DNA of 64,000 nucleotides, taken from assembly GCF_009914755.1 (NCBI RefSeq), contig NC_060944.1; one strand, 5' to 3'. The stretch's first letter is position 1. Each line of letters begins with the position of its first letter. This document shows, piece after piece, positions 14,140 through 27,319 of this stretch. The notes beneath the pieces were generated by a model. It was not told where the DNA came from. It worked only from the letters and a program-made list of their open reading frames with translations, and did not search any database. The stretch comes from the human T2T-CHM13v2.0 reference genome, Homo sapiens. The translations under genes were made by a program, and so were the position numbers.

Positions 14140-14585
14140 GTGAGTCCTGGGCCTAAGTGGCCGGTGCAGGAGGGCGGGAGGGGGCGGGGGGGCCCTCCAG
14201 ATCCCCTGGGTGGGACAGACAGAGCTCCCTCTGACCTTGGGTTCTTTACTCTTTTGGGGGTCTTGGAACTCTAGAATCTGCTTTTGCATTTGGTTTGGGG
14301 GTTCACCAAACTTGAACTCCTGAGAAGAACAGGTCACCAGAGCTAAGAGCTGGCCTTCAGGGCTTAGAATATTTGGGAGATCATGGGACCCCCCCCTCCT
14401 GCTTCCCCTGCTGAAGAGTTCCAGGGCTGGAGGGGCCCCGTAACCCAGAGAGACAGCTAGAGGGAGCTAAAGAAGCAGTGGCCTTGCCCAGCCTCCATCA
14501 GAACAGGACAGGAGGTCACAGGAGGCCCGTCCAGCCCAAGGTCCGTGTGTCTCGTATCAACACTGATCTGTGCCCTCCCCATCAG

Positions 14586-14733
14586 CGTGCCGACCCTAGG
14601 GCCCAAGGAGCGGTCCCGGGTCCGTTTTGATATCCTGCCCTCCCGGAGTGGCACCAAGCAACTGCTCGCCGACTTCTCCTGCAACAAGTTCCCTGCAATC
14701 AAGGCCATGTTGTCCATCGATGTAGCCGAATGA
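14586..14733 (+). CDS. TGM3: TGM3 exon 13, coding part (C-terminus, TGA stop)
   Basis: Acceptor ccccatcag|C. Encodes (D)VPTLGPKERSRVRFDILPSRSGTKQLLADFSCNKFPAIKAMLSIDVAE*, the TGM3 C-terminus. Exons 8-13 give a continuous frame. Confidence 0.97.
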
Positions 14734-15230
14734 AGGGCGCTGGTGGCCTCCCGTACAAACTTGGACAACACGGAGCAGGGAGAGCTCACCATGGAATGAA
14801 CCCCCCGCCCATGCTGTCCGGCCTGGGAAACCCTCTCCATCTCCCAAGGCTGCCAGACATGGACCTCCAGGCTCCAGCACATCCCCCTCTCCTCTCCCCC
14901 AGGTTGGGGCTGGGTCCACCCTGTCCTATGACTTGATCACTTTTGCACATTCCCTGGCCGCTTCTCCCCAGAGCTGCCTGCTCTGTGAGCCCCACAGCCC
15001 TGCTCATTCCTCACGCCCTTCAATGCTGCAGGATGGACTGGCCCCTGACCCAGGGACTCTCCAAACGGGATACAGGAGAGAAGCTGGTCTAGACTGTTTG
15101 CTGATCCCCAACCTGCACGGGGCATTCCTGCTTCTCTCTCAGGCCACCACAGAGGGCAGGGGATGGTTAGTCACCTGCCCCAGCACTCACACCCTAACTC
15201 AAAATAAATGTTAAATAAGTGCGATCACAC
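14734..15230 (+). other. TGM3: TGM3 3' UTR (~500 nt)
   Basis: Runs from the stop codon to about 20 nt past the AATAAA at 15203. The cleavage site is estimated. Confidence 0.8.
15203..15208 (+). terminator. TGM3 polyadenylation signal AATAAA
   Basis: First canonical hexamer downstream of the stop codon. CA dinucleotides lie 18-22 nt downstream. Confidence 0.8.
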
Positions 15231-16124
15231 AGCACCGACTCTACCTGACTGCTGTTGCACCTAAGGTGGTGAAGGAGAGAGGAGGCTGTGGCCGTGACCT
15301 TCTGGAGCAGGGAATAAATTTGAGGAGGCCATGTTCTCTGTGTTTCAATGTCCAAAGGGAGTGGGCTTGATCTGCAAGGCTGTAGATGCAAAACTAGGGA
15401 AACATTTCAAGCCAGTTTAGGAAAACTTTCTAACATGATGTCCAAAAATAGATGAGGCTGCCTTGGGAGGTAGCTCCTGGTCACAGAAGGCTTCAAACAT
15501 TCTCTGTGTGGTTGGGCAAACTTTTCAGGCCTCTCTACATGCATCAGAGTGAGAGGGGACGTCACAGTTTTTGCTGGAACCCTCTGGCAGAGCTGGTCCC
15601 GGGGGTGGCCCAGCCTCTGCTCACATGGGGCTCCACGCTCCTCTTGTGGCCAGGAGCAAATGCGTCCTTCCGCCAGCCACAGCGCTGTTAACTCAACCTG
15701 AACCTTCTCTGCCTTTATACACACTCTGATGGTTCCTCAGCCTTTGTCCCTTAAAATAACCTCAAACAAATCCCATTAGCTTTCCTGTCGCTTGTGCTGA
15801 CTAATCCCATTTTGACAACTCTGCCTCATTTTCTGAACTCAGGAGACAAGTAGAATCTAAATAGAAACCTCAACCTCACATCCAGCTCAAAGCTTCTCCC
15901 CTGGGTGCAGCGCAGGCCTTACTTACGCCTGCAGAGCAGGCACTGTCCATCTCTCACCTTCCTTCCCTTCCTTCCCCGAACTGGGGAGTTGCTAGATCCC
16001 TCAGAGTTGGAGCAGAGAGAGAAGAAGAAAAGTGACAGTTGTCTGTATCACTGGTGCTGATGTAATGCAGCCAATGATGGTCTCTGTGTCGCCAGTGTTT
16101 AAATGCAGGCTTTCTGTACTGCTT

Positions 16125-16228
16125 GTTGCCTGAGCCCAGGAGTTCAAGGCTGCAGTGAGCTATGATTGTGTCACTGTACTTCAGCTTGAATGACACAATA
16201 AGACCCCATCTCTTAAAAAAAAAAAAAA
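16125..16228 (+). mobile_element. Alu right-arm fragment (AluJ/FRAM-type)
   Basis: gagcccaggagttcaaggctgcagtgagctatgatt... followed by polyA. Confidence 0.85.
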
Positions 16229-16599
16229 GCAGTCAGTAAATTAGGGATTTGGGGTTGAATCACTTACCATCCAGCTGCCTTGAACCCATCCTCATCCCAT
16301 ATTATCCCAGGCAATATGGATTGGGTACATCTGGGTGGATGCCCTCAAACGTTTTGACTTCCAAACTCCTCTGGACCCTCAGAGCCCATAGACAGGCCTG
16401 GCCTCCTTCCTATTAAGATCCAGTAACTTCTCTCCCCACCTCCTATCCCATATGGGAAGACACTGAAGAATTCTCTCTCCTGCAGCAGGGGCCCTACTCA
16501 GGATTTATTTCTGCCTCTTCTCTTGGCCTCCAGGCTGATGTCATGTTAAGTTGCAGTGTAACTCAGTTGGGGATGTGCCATATCTGATAAAGAAATAAA

Positions 16600-17075
16600 G
16601 AGACTATAGTCCAAAGGATCCGAAAAACTAGGATCATGTGACAGCAGGATCACGGGAGAACTCTGGGAGTGGATTTGAGGGTGCTTAATCAAGGAAGCCA
16701 TAACAGGAGCCTAAACAATGAAGAATTTATTGACTTGGGGCCATTCTTTTGTGATACGAGATTTAATACCCAGGTGAGGATCCTGAGAGCTGGTGCAAAC
16801 TGGCTTAGTGGCTCCAAACATCTGGAAGAAGTGATGACTTACGCTAAGTACAGTTGAAATGGCTGAATTCCTATGCTGCATGATAGAGGAAAGAATTAAA
16901 AGGCTCAGGGAAATGGGCGTGCTGGGGTTGACATATTATGAGGGGCCAGGAGACATCTTCCAAAGGATTGTGTTCCCTCAGAGGGCCCAGGGGACCCACC
17001 CACCATTCACCAAGGCCATCAGAAATGAGTAGTGACAGAGGCATCAACATCACTAAGAAATTCAGTGGTGGCATC
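16600..17075 (+). mobile_element. ERV-L class internal gag fossil (ERV3-16A3/HERV16-like)
   Basis: Broken frames give LRVLNQGSHNRSLNNEEFIDLGP...DTRFN, then EERIKRLREMGVL and PFTKAIRN. These resemble ERV-L gag motifs (WILRVxDxGGRNIKLDxxEFIDMG, EGIxRLREIGML, PFTxAxRN). Confidence 0.75.
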
Positions 17076-17277
17076 CTCTACATTTAAAGCAAAAATAATA
17101 GCAACATTGTAGAAGTAAAATGTATGAAAATAATAACACAATGGCCAGGAAGGAAAAAAAAACACTGATGTAAATTTCTTATATAATACATGAAGTAATA
17201 AAATATTAATTGAAGATAGACTGTGACAAGTTAAAGATCTGTATTATAAACCTAAAGAAACCAGTAAAAGAAAAGAA

Positions 17278-17590
17278 GGCCGGCGTGGTGGCTCACACCT
17301 GCAATCTCAGTACTTTGGGAGGCCAAGATGGGTAGATCACTTGAGGCCAAGAGTTCAAGACCAGCCTGGCCAATATGGTGAAACCCCATTTCTACTTTAA
17401 AAAAAAAAAAATTATCCAGGCGTGGTGGCACATGCCTGTAGTCCCAGCTACTCAGGAGACTGAGGCAGGGGAGTTACTTGAACTTGAGAGGCAGAAGTTG
17501 CAGTGAGCCGAGATGGTGCCACTGCACTTCAGCCTGGTTGACAGAGTGAAACCCTGTTTCAAAAAAGAAAGAGAAGAAAAAGAAAAGAAA
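17278..17590 (+). mobile_element. Alu (AluS/J-type)
   Basis: Full Alu. Its A-rich tail is directly followed by a second Alu. Confidence 0.9.
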
Positions 17591-17593
17591 ACA

Positions 17594-17955
<362 letters not shown>

Positions 17956-18650
17956 TCAATTAATAGAAAAAGAAGGCAGAAAAGGAGAAAAGGGAACAAA
18001 GAATAGTTGAGACAGATTTTAAAAATAAGTAGCAATATGGTAGATTAAACCCAACCATACTAATAATCACATTAAATGTAAATGGCCCAAACACCCAAAT
18101 AAAAGGCAGCTATTGTCAGATTGGGTAAAAAAGCAAGACCCAACTATATACTGCTACAAAAAATCAAATTTGAATATAGAATAGAAATTGGTTAAATGTA
18201 AAAGAATACAAATTATATACCATACAAATAGTAACCATAACAAACCTGGAGTGGCTATACAAATATTAAACAAAATAGCCAAAGATTGTTACTAAAGAAA
18301 AAGAATATTTTTGAATGATAAAAGAATCAATCCATCAAGAATAAAAATTATAAGTAGTCTCAATGTTCTTTGAATGCAAAGAAATTAAATTAGATGACAA
18401 TAACATAAATATATCTGGAAATCTCCAAACATTTGGAAACTAAAGAAAAGACTTCTGAATAACCTATGGGTCAAAGGAGAAATTTTTAAAGAGAATTATA
18501 AAGTATTTTAAACTAAAAACACAGCATATAAAAATGCATAGGATGCAGCAGAGGAATATTTATAGCACTAAAATGTCTATATTAGAAACGAAAAAAATCA
18601 ATGAACTCACCTTCCACCTTAGGCAGCCAAAAAGTGAAGAAATTAAACCA

Positions 18651-18948
<298 letters not shown>

Positions 18949-19229
18949 ATGAAGAAATTAAACCTAAAATCTAAAATAAATGGAAAAGGAAATACCAAAC
19001 AGCATAAATCAATAAAACAGAAAATAGAAAAACAAAATAGTAATTCAATGTAACTAAAAGTGGGTTCTTTCGGAACATGAATAACATTGATAAGTCTCTA
19101 GCCAGACTGATCAGCAAAAAATAAGAAAGACACAAATTACTAATATCAGGAATAAGAGACCCTATAGCTATTTGAAGAATAATTTAGAAATATTATGGAC
19201 AAACTTATGCATAAAAAGCTTGACAACTT

Positions 19230-19674
<445 letters not shown>

Positions 19675-20189
19675 CTAACACAAATTGCTGGCCATAGAAC
19701 TGGTTGTCGTCTTGTCACCACATTTTCATGTGGTTTGTTATACAGCATAGGATATTATTTATTGTTGTATTATATTAATTATCACCACGAAAATATTTAT
19801 TCACTCTCCAGTGCTCAGTTCAAATGTTTCCTCTCCTGCAAAACCTTCCCCATCTTCCTCCCACATCACTGCATCCAAACACACGAGGTCTCTTTTTTTC
19901 TCTCTATGCTTTCCCTTCATTGTCTTTTTGGACCACTTGGCTTAAAGTCGTCTGGCCTACGTCTCTCCTCCCCTGTCCTAGACTTTGTGCTTGTCATGGG
20001 CAAAAACCATGTCTTCTTTAGCCCTACATTCTCCACACTTAGCATAATACCTGGTGTAGATAAGCACCCATAAGAATTCATAAAAGAGCCAAAAAGTAAA
20101 TGAAATTGGTAATGAATGAATGAATGAAGTGACTGATTGAATTTTAATATGTAATATTCATTGAGAGTATAAAATATGCTAGTCACTTT

Positions 20190-20360
20190 TCTAAGGTTAT
20201 CATAAGTATTTATTTAATCCTTCCAACAATCCTTTGAGGAAAGTACTAATATTATTCCCATTTTACAAATGAGGAAGCAGAGATTTCGAGAGTTACTTAG
20301 ATCACAAAATAGTAAATGACAGAGCTGGGACTCATACCCAGGTAGACTGGCTCTAGTGCC
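20190..20360 (-). mobile_element. MIR
   Basis: tttaatccttccaacaatcctttgagg...attattcccattttacaaatgaggaagcagag is the reverse MIR core. Confidence 0.75.
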
Positions 20361-21576
20361 TAATCTGTATGTTATGCAGTACTACCTACACAAATTCTAA
20401 AGAGGTATCCAGTGATAAATCCCATCACAGGCTTACAAAGAGATACAGAGGAAAAATGAAGCAGAAACAAGGAAGTGTGTCTGTGCTGTGGTACCCAGCC
20501 CTAGGGAGGCATTCTTGGACGCCTCCTCCCAATCTCCTTTCCTGCAACTGCTTAGTTTATTGGCTCTCTCATTCCTATGCTGATGAGCATCCCTATTCCC
20601 AGAAGCAGCCTCTTCACCCGTCCTACGTCTGGCTCTAAACCACTCCTCCTCCCAACCTTGATCACACTTGCCTGGGGAAGCCAGCCTCAAAGAGCTGAAT
20701 TCAACATATCCCATTACAATGAATGTTAGTACCAGGGACTCCCCCTGACATTATGTCATTTCTCCTCCCAGCAACCTTCAAAGGTGGAATTATTACACAC
20801 TGGTACTGGTGGGGAAGCTGAGGCTTAGAGCAAATTCTCTACATTCCTTGCTCTCATACTAGTCTTCACATACCTTTATAATCACTTACCATACTTTATT
20901 GCAATCATTTGTTTATGTGTCAATGGTTGCCAATCTGCAGGTGGAAACACAGGTAAATATATATAAAATGATGTATTGATGTCACATTACAATAGATTAT
21001 ATGTTCAGTGACCTTAACATGATACGTTCAATGTGTTGTCCCTCCTCAGGGCATAATTGGTTGTGCTGTGCAAAACTGCAATGGAAGTGGAGTGATACGC
21101 AGCAACTCCATCATTCTCACAGACTGCCTTGGATGATTTGTGCCTCTGAGTTTCATGGAATAAACCTGCAGTTTTAGTATGCCTCAGAAGATGTAATCAA
21201 GGCGGTTCAATCTGGAACAAAATTAAGTAATATTACTTATATAGTCAGACTTTCTGGCCATTCTGTCGTAAATGTGCTTTCTCTATTAAAAAAATTAAAA
21301 GTATATAGATGCATTAAACTATTTTTATACAAATATATTCACATTATAAAAATTCCTTAAATATGTAAGCCGGTAAGAGAGTGAAAAAATAGGCAGTTCC
21401 CCCTTCCCCACTCCTCTTCCACTCCTTCCCCCAGAGGACATGCCTGTTGTCAGTATGAAGCATGCCCCTTCCGGTATTTCTTAACCCTTAGGAATGAGAG
21501 TAGGGCACCTTCTACTGGTAGATGGGGGAATTACAGGTATTTGTAAAATCATCTGATGGCCAGTGCTTCAGACTGA

Positions 21577-21774
<198 letters not shown>

Positions 21775-21929
21775 TAATCATGAAATGCATGTAGGGGTAG
21801 GGAGGATAACTCTATAAAAAGGTTTTGGTATCTTATGTTTGACACTGGCAATCCCCCTCATCTGATTCTGCAATATGTGACCTCCCAAGGGCACCAGGCC
21901 ATTAAATTATATGGTCAAGATCTCACTGA

Positions 21930-22720
21930 ATCACAGGTGATTAACGAGTCCCTCCTGTGACCAGGTTCTGGGGATTCAGCACAGATGATTAGTGCTTTCT
22001 GAAGGTTTATCATCAAGGGGGTGGGAAGGTGGGCAGTGGGATGGAAGTGGGGGAAGGTAGGGGGAGATAGATGATAAGATGGATAATCAAATAAAAAATA
22101 TAAATTCAAGTAATGATTGGTACACTGATGAATAAAAGTCAGGATGGGGGTATGTCGGGGGTGGGATGGGCAGGGCAGGCTCTCTGACGGTGGTATTTGG
22201 GTAGAAATTTGGCATGAATGATGAGGGAGAGCCATGTGAACATCTGAAGGAGCAGGTTCTGGAGCAGGGGAGCAAAGCCATTTGGGAGTACCCCTGGTGT
22301 GTGTGAGGAAGATAAAGGAGGCAATGGTCCTGCAGTGGAAAAGTGAGGGTAGGGTTAACTGGAGGGGAACACAGATCCTGTAGAGCCCTGAAAGCTGTTA
22401 TAAGGACTTGGGCTTCTATTGTGATTGAGATGGGAAGCCCAGGAAGGTTTTGAGCAAAGAAGTGACAGGATATGACTTGTGTTCTAAAGAAAACCCTCTG
22501 GCTGCTGCGGGGAGTCCATGGAGGAGGTTGTTGTAACCACCCAGGTAAGAGATGAGGGTGGCGTGGTCCAGTTTGGTAGCGATGGGTAGCTGGGAAGTGG
22601 AGAAGGCAGAGCCCACAAGATGTGATGAGGGACTGGCTATGGGCTGTGAGGGAAGGAAGCATGCAACTAACACCAGTGCTTTTCCACCTGAGCAATTCAG
22701 GGACTCCAGGTGTCACAGGG
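21930..22720 (-). mobile_element. L2 fragment
   Basis: Typical antisense L2 3' region (ctctctgacggtggtatttg..., gggaagcccaggaaggttttgagcaaagaagtgacaggatatgacttg, actctggctgctg-like segments). Confidence 0.75.
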
Positions 22721-23222
22721 CACAGCTCTATTGCTCTTCCTCCATGAGGTGGGCCCTAGGGAGCTGTGATGTGGGAAGCTCCTTCCTTCCTCTCCAGTCT
22801 CACTCTGGCCCCTCTTCGGCCACTTCTCTGTGTCTGACTCCCTAATCACTGTGCTGCGATCCTGGCTTCAGTCCAGAATGCCAAAGCTGCATCTTCTTTG
22901 ATAACATTCCCTGGTGCTCAGAGCTCCACACCAGTCCTGGAAGGAAAAGCAGGTTTCAGAGGGAAAAGAAGCCCTAAGGCCCAGCTGGGAGGCTGGAGCA
23001 ATCAGGGAGGACTTCTCATAAGAGCTGGCCTTGAAGAACGTTATGATTTCCTCAAATTCAGGCAGGGGGAGAAACATGAGAAGGAAAGATGTGTTAATGA
23101 ACCAGAGTGACATGAGGCTGAGAGGCAGATAGAAAGGACCGGGAAGAGCCTGACCTCGACTGGCTGGAATTAATCCCAATTTAGTGGGTTACAGCAGTGC
23201 CGGGTGGGTGGGGAGGGGGGCT

Positions 23223-23417
23223 GTAACAGGTCATATTTTCCCAAAATGGCCACAGTAGTATTTCTAATTCTATATGCTCTCCTGTCTCAGTCAAAAGGTG
23301 GAGTCTAATTTCTCCCTTGGAATATGGGTTGTCCTTTGAGACTGCCTTGACTGCTAGAGTTCAGTGGCAGTGATCCTATGTGACTTCTGATCAATTATAA
23401 AGGCCATATGGCTTCTG

Positions 23418-23477
<60 letters not shown>

Positions 23478-23818
23478 CACCCGCCCCGACCTCCACCGGC
23501 GCTCACCCTTGGAACCTAGCCACCATGTTATGAGGAAGTCCAGATCACATGGAAATGCCTTATGTGGGCATTCAGCCAACAAATCAGCTAATCAACCACC
23601 AATCATGTGAGTAAATAAGCCTTTAGGTAACGTCAGCACCAGACACTGAGTTATCCTCAGCCCTCAAGTCTTCAAGCTGCGACCCAGACAGTGTGGAGAA
23701 GAGGCAAGCCATCCCCACTGTGCCCTGTCGGAAATGCTCACCCATAAGAATAATAAATGAATATTCTTCACCACTACGTTTAGGGATAGTTTGTTATGCA
23801 ACAACAGCAACTGGAATA
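23223..23818 (+). mobile_element. MaLR solo LTR (MLT1G/H-type)
   Basis: aaaatggccaca... ggtggagtctaatttctcccttgg... ccaccatgttatgaggaagtcca... gggatagtttgttatgcaacaacagcaactggaata. Confidence 0.75.
23419..23474. repeat. (CT)28 microsatellite
   Basis: Perfect CT dinucleotide run inside the MLT1 LTR. Confidence 0.97.
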
Positions 23819-24599
23819 AGCCCCAACACAGGTCAGCCTGGTGAAAAACTCCCTGGTATCATTAATGTCCCCCCTATTATCTCCAGGGTTATTAGTGTCT
23901 AACTAGGCATTATGCACAAGCATCAGAGCCAAATTACAGTCTATATCTAATTACTATTTTATTATTATTCCCTGTTATGCTTGGCTAGTGGGTGTTTGTT
24001 GGGGTGGCGGGCACCCTCCCCAGCCAGGGCAGGGACAACCCTTGTGACCCCGCTTAAGAATAGGGTTTTCTCTTCATGATGCCTTCTTGTGGTCAACGAT
24101 GGCAAAAGAACAAAACTGGAGTCTCCATATGACTCTGCAGGAAGGAATGTGACCTGAAGCAAGGGGCTTATCTGCCCATCTGGTGACTCCCAGGTCAGCC
24201 CCATCTCAAAACAAGCCCGCTTCAACCATTCATGTATCCATTCATCTACTCAACAACAACAATTTTGAACAGCTATTGTGTGTCAGGCTCTATGTTATCC
24301 ACACAAGGAGACAGTGGTCCATCTCTCCATGGAGCTTCTATCCTAGTGGGGAGCCAGAATGCAAGTAATCGAACAAAGTGCTGACAGGCTGTGATAAGTG
24401 TGATGAAGGAAAGACACAGGTTTTGTTCCAGGAATAATAGGCAACTTTTCTCTGAGCCCCGGGGACGTTTCTGTGGAATTGTGTTTCAGCTGAGACCTGA
24501 AGGATCCAAGCCTGGTAAGTCCATCTGTAGCAATGGACATTCACTGGCTGAATCGAGGAGAGGAGAAAATGTTGAACGGATATCAGGAAACTCACAGAC

Positions 24600-25170
24600 C
24601 AGCTGGAAATATTAGGGAATCAGGCTTAGAAAACACGCAGGCGCAAAGAGTGACCATGAAGCCCAGCACTACAGCCAAAACTGCACCACAAAGCCCATCA
24701 GGTAAGGACATCATTGCTTGACCTAAGAATAAGATGGCAGGAGAATCCATTCTGGCCACCAGGGCCATCACCATTGCCCCCAGAATGGAGTCCTCACCAT
24801 GCCCTCTTCTTGACACCAGCTCCCAAGTAAAAATTCCAGGTGAGAACATCCGCTAGGCTAAGCCTGTCATGTGACCATGCCCTCGCTGCAGCAAAATCTG
24901 GGAAAGTAACTATTTAGACAAGATGCCTGGATCTGCAGCAACCACCTGGTGGCAATGAAGCAACAGGCACAGAAAACAGCCAAGAGTCAAGGATAGTGAA
25001 ACACAGACGTTGAAGGAACGAGGCCCTTTGGCGCCACTGCTGAGCTGCTACACCAGTCTTGAGACTGTCAAATTCTGGACACTGTATGAACTAAACAAAT
25101 AAAGATCTTTAAGATTTTAAGCCACCATTGTTGAAGATGCTGTTACTTGCAGAGAAGGCATTTTTAATCA
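24600..25170. mobile_element. Two old MLT1 (J/K/L-type) LTR fragments in opposite orientation
   Basis: gctaagcctgtcatgtgaccatgccc...ctgggaaagt (antisense) and gagctgctacaccag...ttttaagccaccattg...ctgttacttgcag (sense). Confidence 0.55.
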
Positions 25171-25257
25171 TTACGAAGAAAAACAGATCCACACTCGAGG
25201 AGTTTTTATCTAACGTGACTGGTAGAATGTGCTCTAATGGATGAGGATGGGCAGGGT

Positions 25258-25430
25258 GGTAAGGTTTCTCAAATTTCTGTGTGAATCAGGATCAACTGGG
25301 GCTGCTTATTAAAATGCAGATTCTCACAATCCATCCCCAAGCTCACTGGCTGAGACTCAACGAGGAATAAGCATTTTTATGGCATACAGATGTGTCTGAT
25401 GCAGGAGGCCCACTGGGCAGACTTGGTGAG
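25258..25430. mobile_element. MER5-type hAT-Charlie element
   Basis: gtttctcaaattt...atcaggatcaactggggctgcttattaaaatgcagattc...tctgatgcagg. Confidence 0.7.
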
Positions 25431-25589
25431 CAGAGGCACAGGGGGACCCGGGTCAGCTGCAATGTCTTCCTCTTCCTCTCCAAGTCCCAGCTTCTCATCT
25501 GCAAAGCTAAATGTGATCATGGATGTCAAGGCCTTAACAGTGCCTCGGTGGGCACAGTCATAATACAAATAATATTTATTGTACCAGAA

Positions 25590-25800
25590 GGTCTAGGGAT
25601 CCTGGCTCTGCCCCTTAACTGGCTGTGTGACTTTGGGGAAATTACTTAAACTCTCTGCACCTCAGTTTCCTCATTTGTACAACACAGATAATAATGGTGC
25701 TCACCTCATAGACTCATGATGATGGGTGAGTTACTATATGTTGAACACTTAGAATAGCACCTGGCAGATAGTAAGTGCTCAGTAAAGATCAGATTGAATT
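25590..25800 (+). mobile_element. MIR
   Basis: ggctgtgtgactttgggg...cctcagtttcctcatttgta...agtaagtgctcagtaaa. Confidence 0.8.
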
Positions 25801-26151
25801 ATTACAGCCAGGGCCAGGCATTGGCTAAAGCATCATCTCTGTCAAAGTGGTTCCTTACTGCCGCCCCACAGCACCAGGATTTGAGAGTACAATTCATTCT
25901 GACTGGAGGTAATTGAGAGGACTTTTGAAAGAGGTGAGATTTGGATTTCTCTTTAGTCAGAAGTGGTCTAATCAGGGCTGAGTCTGTGACATCAGGGAGA
26001 TGCCTACATTGAGGGATCTGAGGATCTGCCTAGAGCACAGCAGAGGCCCCCTTTTCTGGAGAATCACAGGGGTAGGCTTGGATAGCTGTGGCTGGAATGT
26101 TAAGACTCAAGGATGCTGAGGGCTGGGGACAGCCTGCTGAAATCTTAATTA

Positions 26152-26170
26152 TGACCAGCAGAGGGAGCCC
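26152..26170 (+). promoter_or_regulatory. Candidate CTCF site
   Basis: TGACCAGCAGAGGGAGCCC closely matches the CTCF core consensus CCASYAGRKGGCRS, with one commonly tolerated C>A change. Confidence 0.55.
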
Positions 26171-26240
26171 TAGTTACTACAGCCAGCCTCCAAAATTTAA
26201 CAACTAGTCAACGCCAGACTCAGGAACCTAGTGATTTCAA

Positions 26241-26350
26241 CGTGCAACCCGGGAGGCGGAGCTTGCAGTGAGCCGAGATCGCGCCACTGCACTCCAGCCT
26301 GGGCGACAGAGCGAGACTCCGTCTCAAAAAAAAAAAAAAAAAAAAAAAAA
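26241..26350 (+). mobile_element. Short 3' AluY fragment with A25 tail and no TSD
   Basis: aacccgggaggcggagcttgcagtgagccgagatcgcgcc...gcgagactccgtctc matches the AluY consensus with all CpGs intact. Confidence 0.92.
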
Positions 26351-26499
26351 GGAGTGAGATAAGCGCCCTCCAGAGTACATTGAGAGCAGCTGGGAAGCTT
26401 GTTATAAATGCAGATCCTAATCCAACATGGGAGGCGGGGACAAGGAGCTGGGGTAACATACAGATGTGTATCAGGCCTTCCAATCTCTTGGCCTCACCT

Positions 26500-27180
<681 letters not shown>

Positions 27181-27319
27181 CAACAAAATGAAACAAAACC
27201 AGCCATATGTTAAAATTTGTTGAACCTGTCTTGATGGGTACATGGGACTTTATTATCCTATTCTCTCTATTTGTGTATGTATTTGAAATTTTCCGTAACA
27301 GAAAATACATACATACATA

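Noticed and set aside
22087-22716. 209-aa minus-strand ORF, the longest in the track
   Set aside because: It lies wholly within an L2 remnant and shows no domain or splice context.
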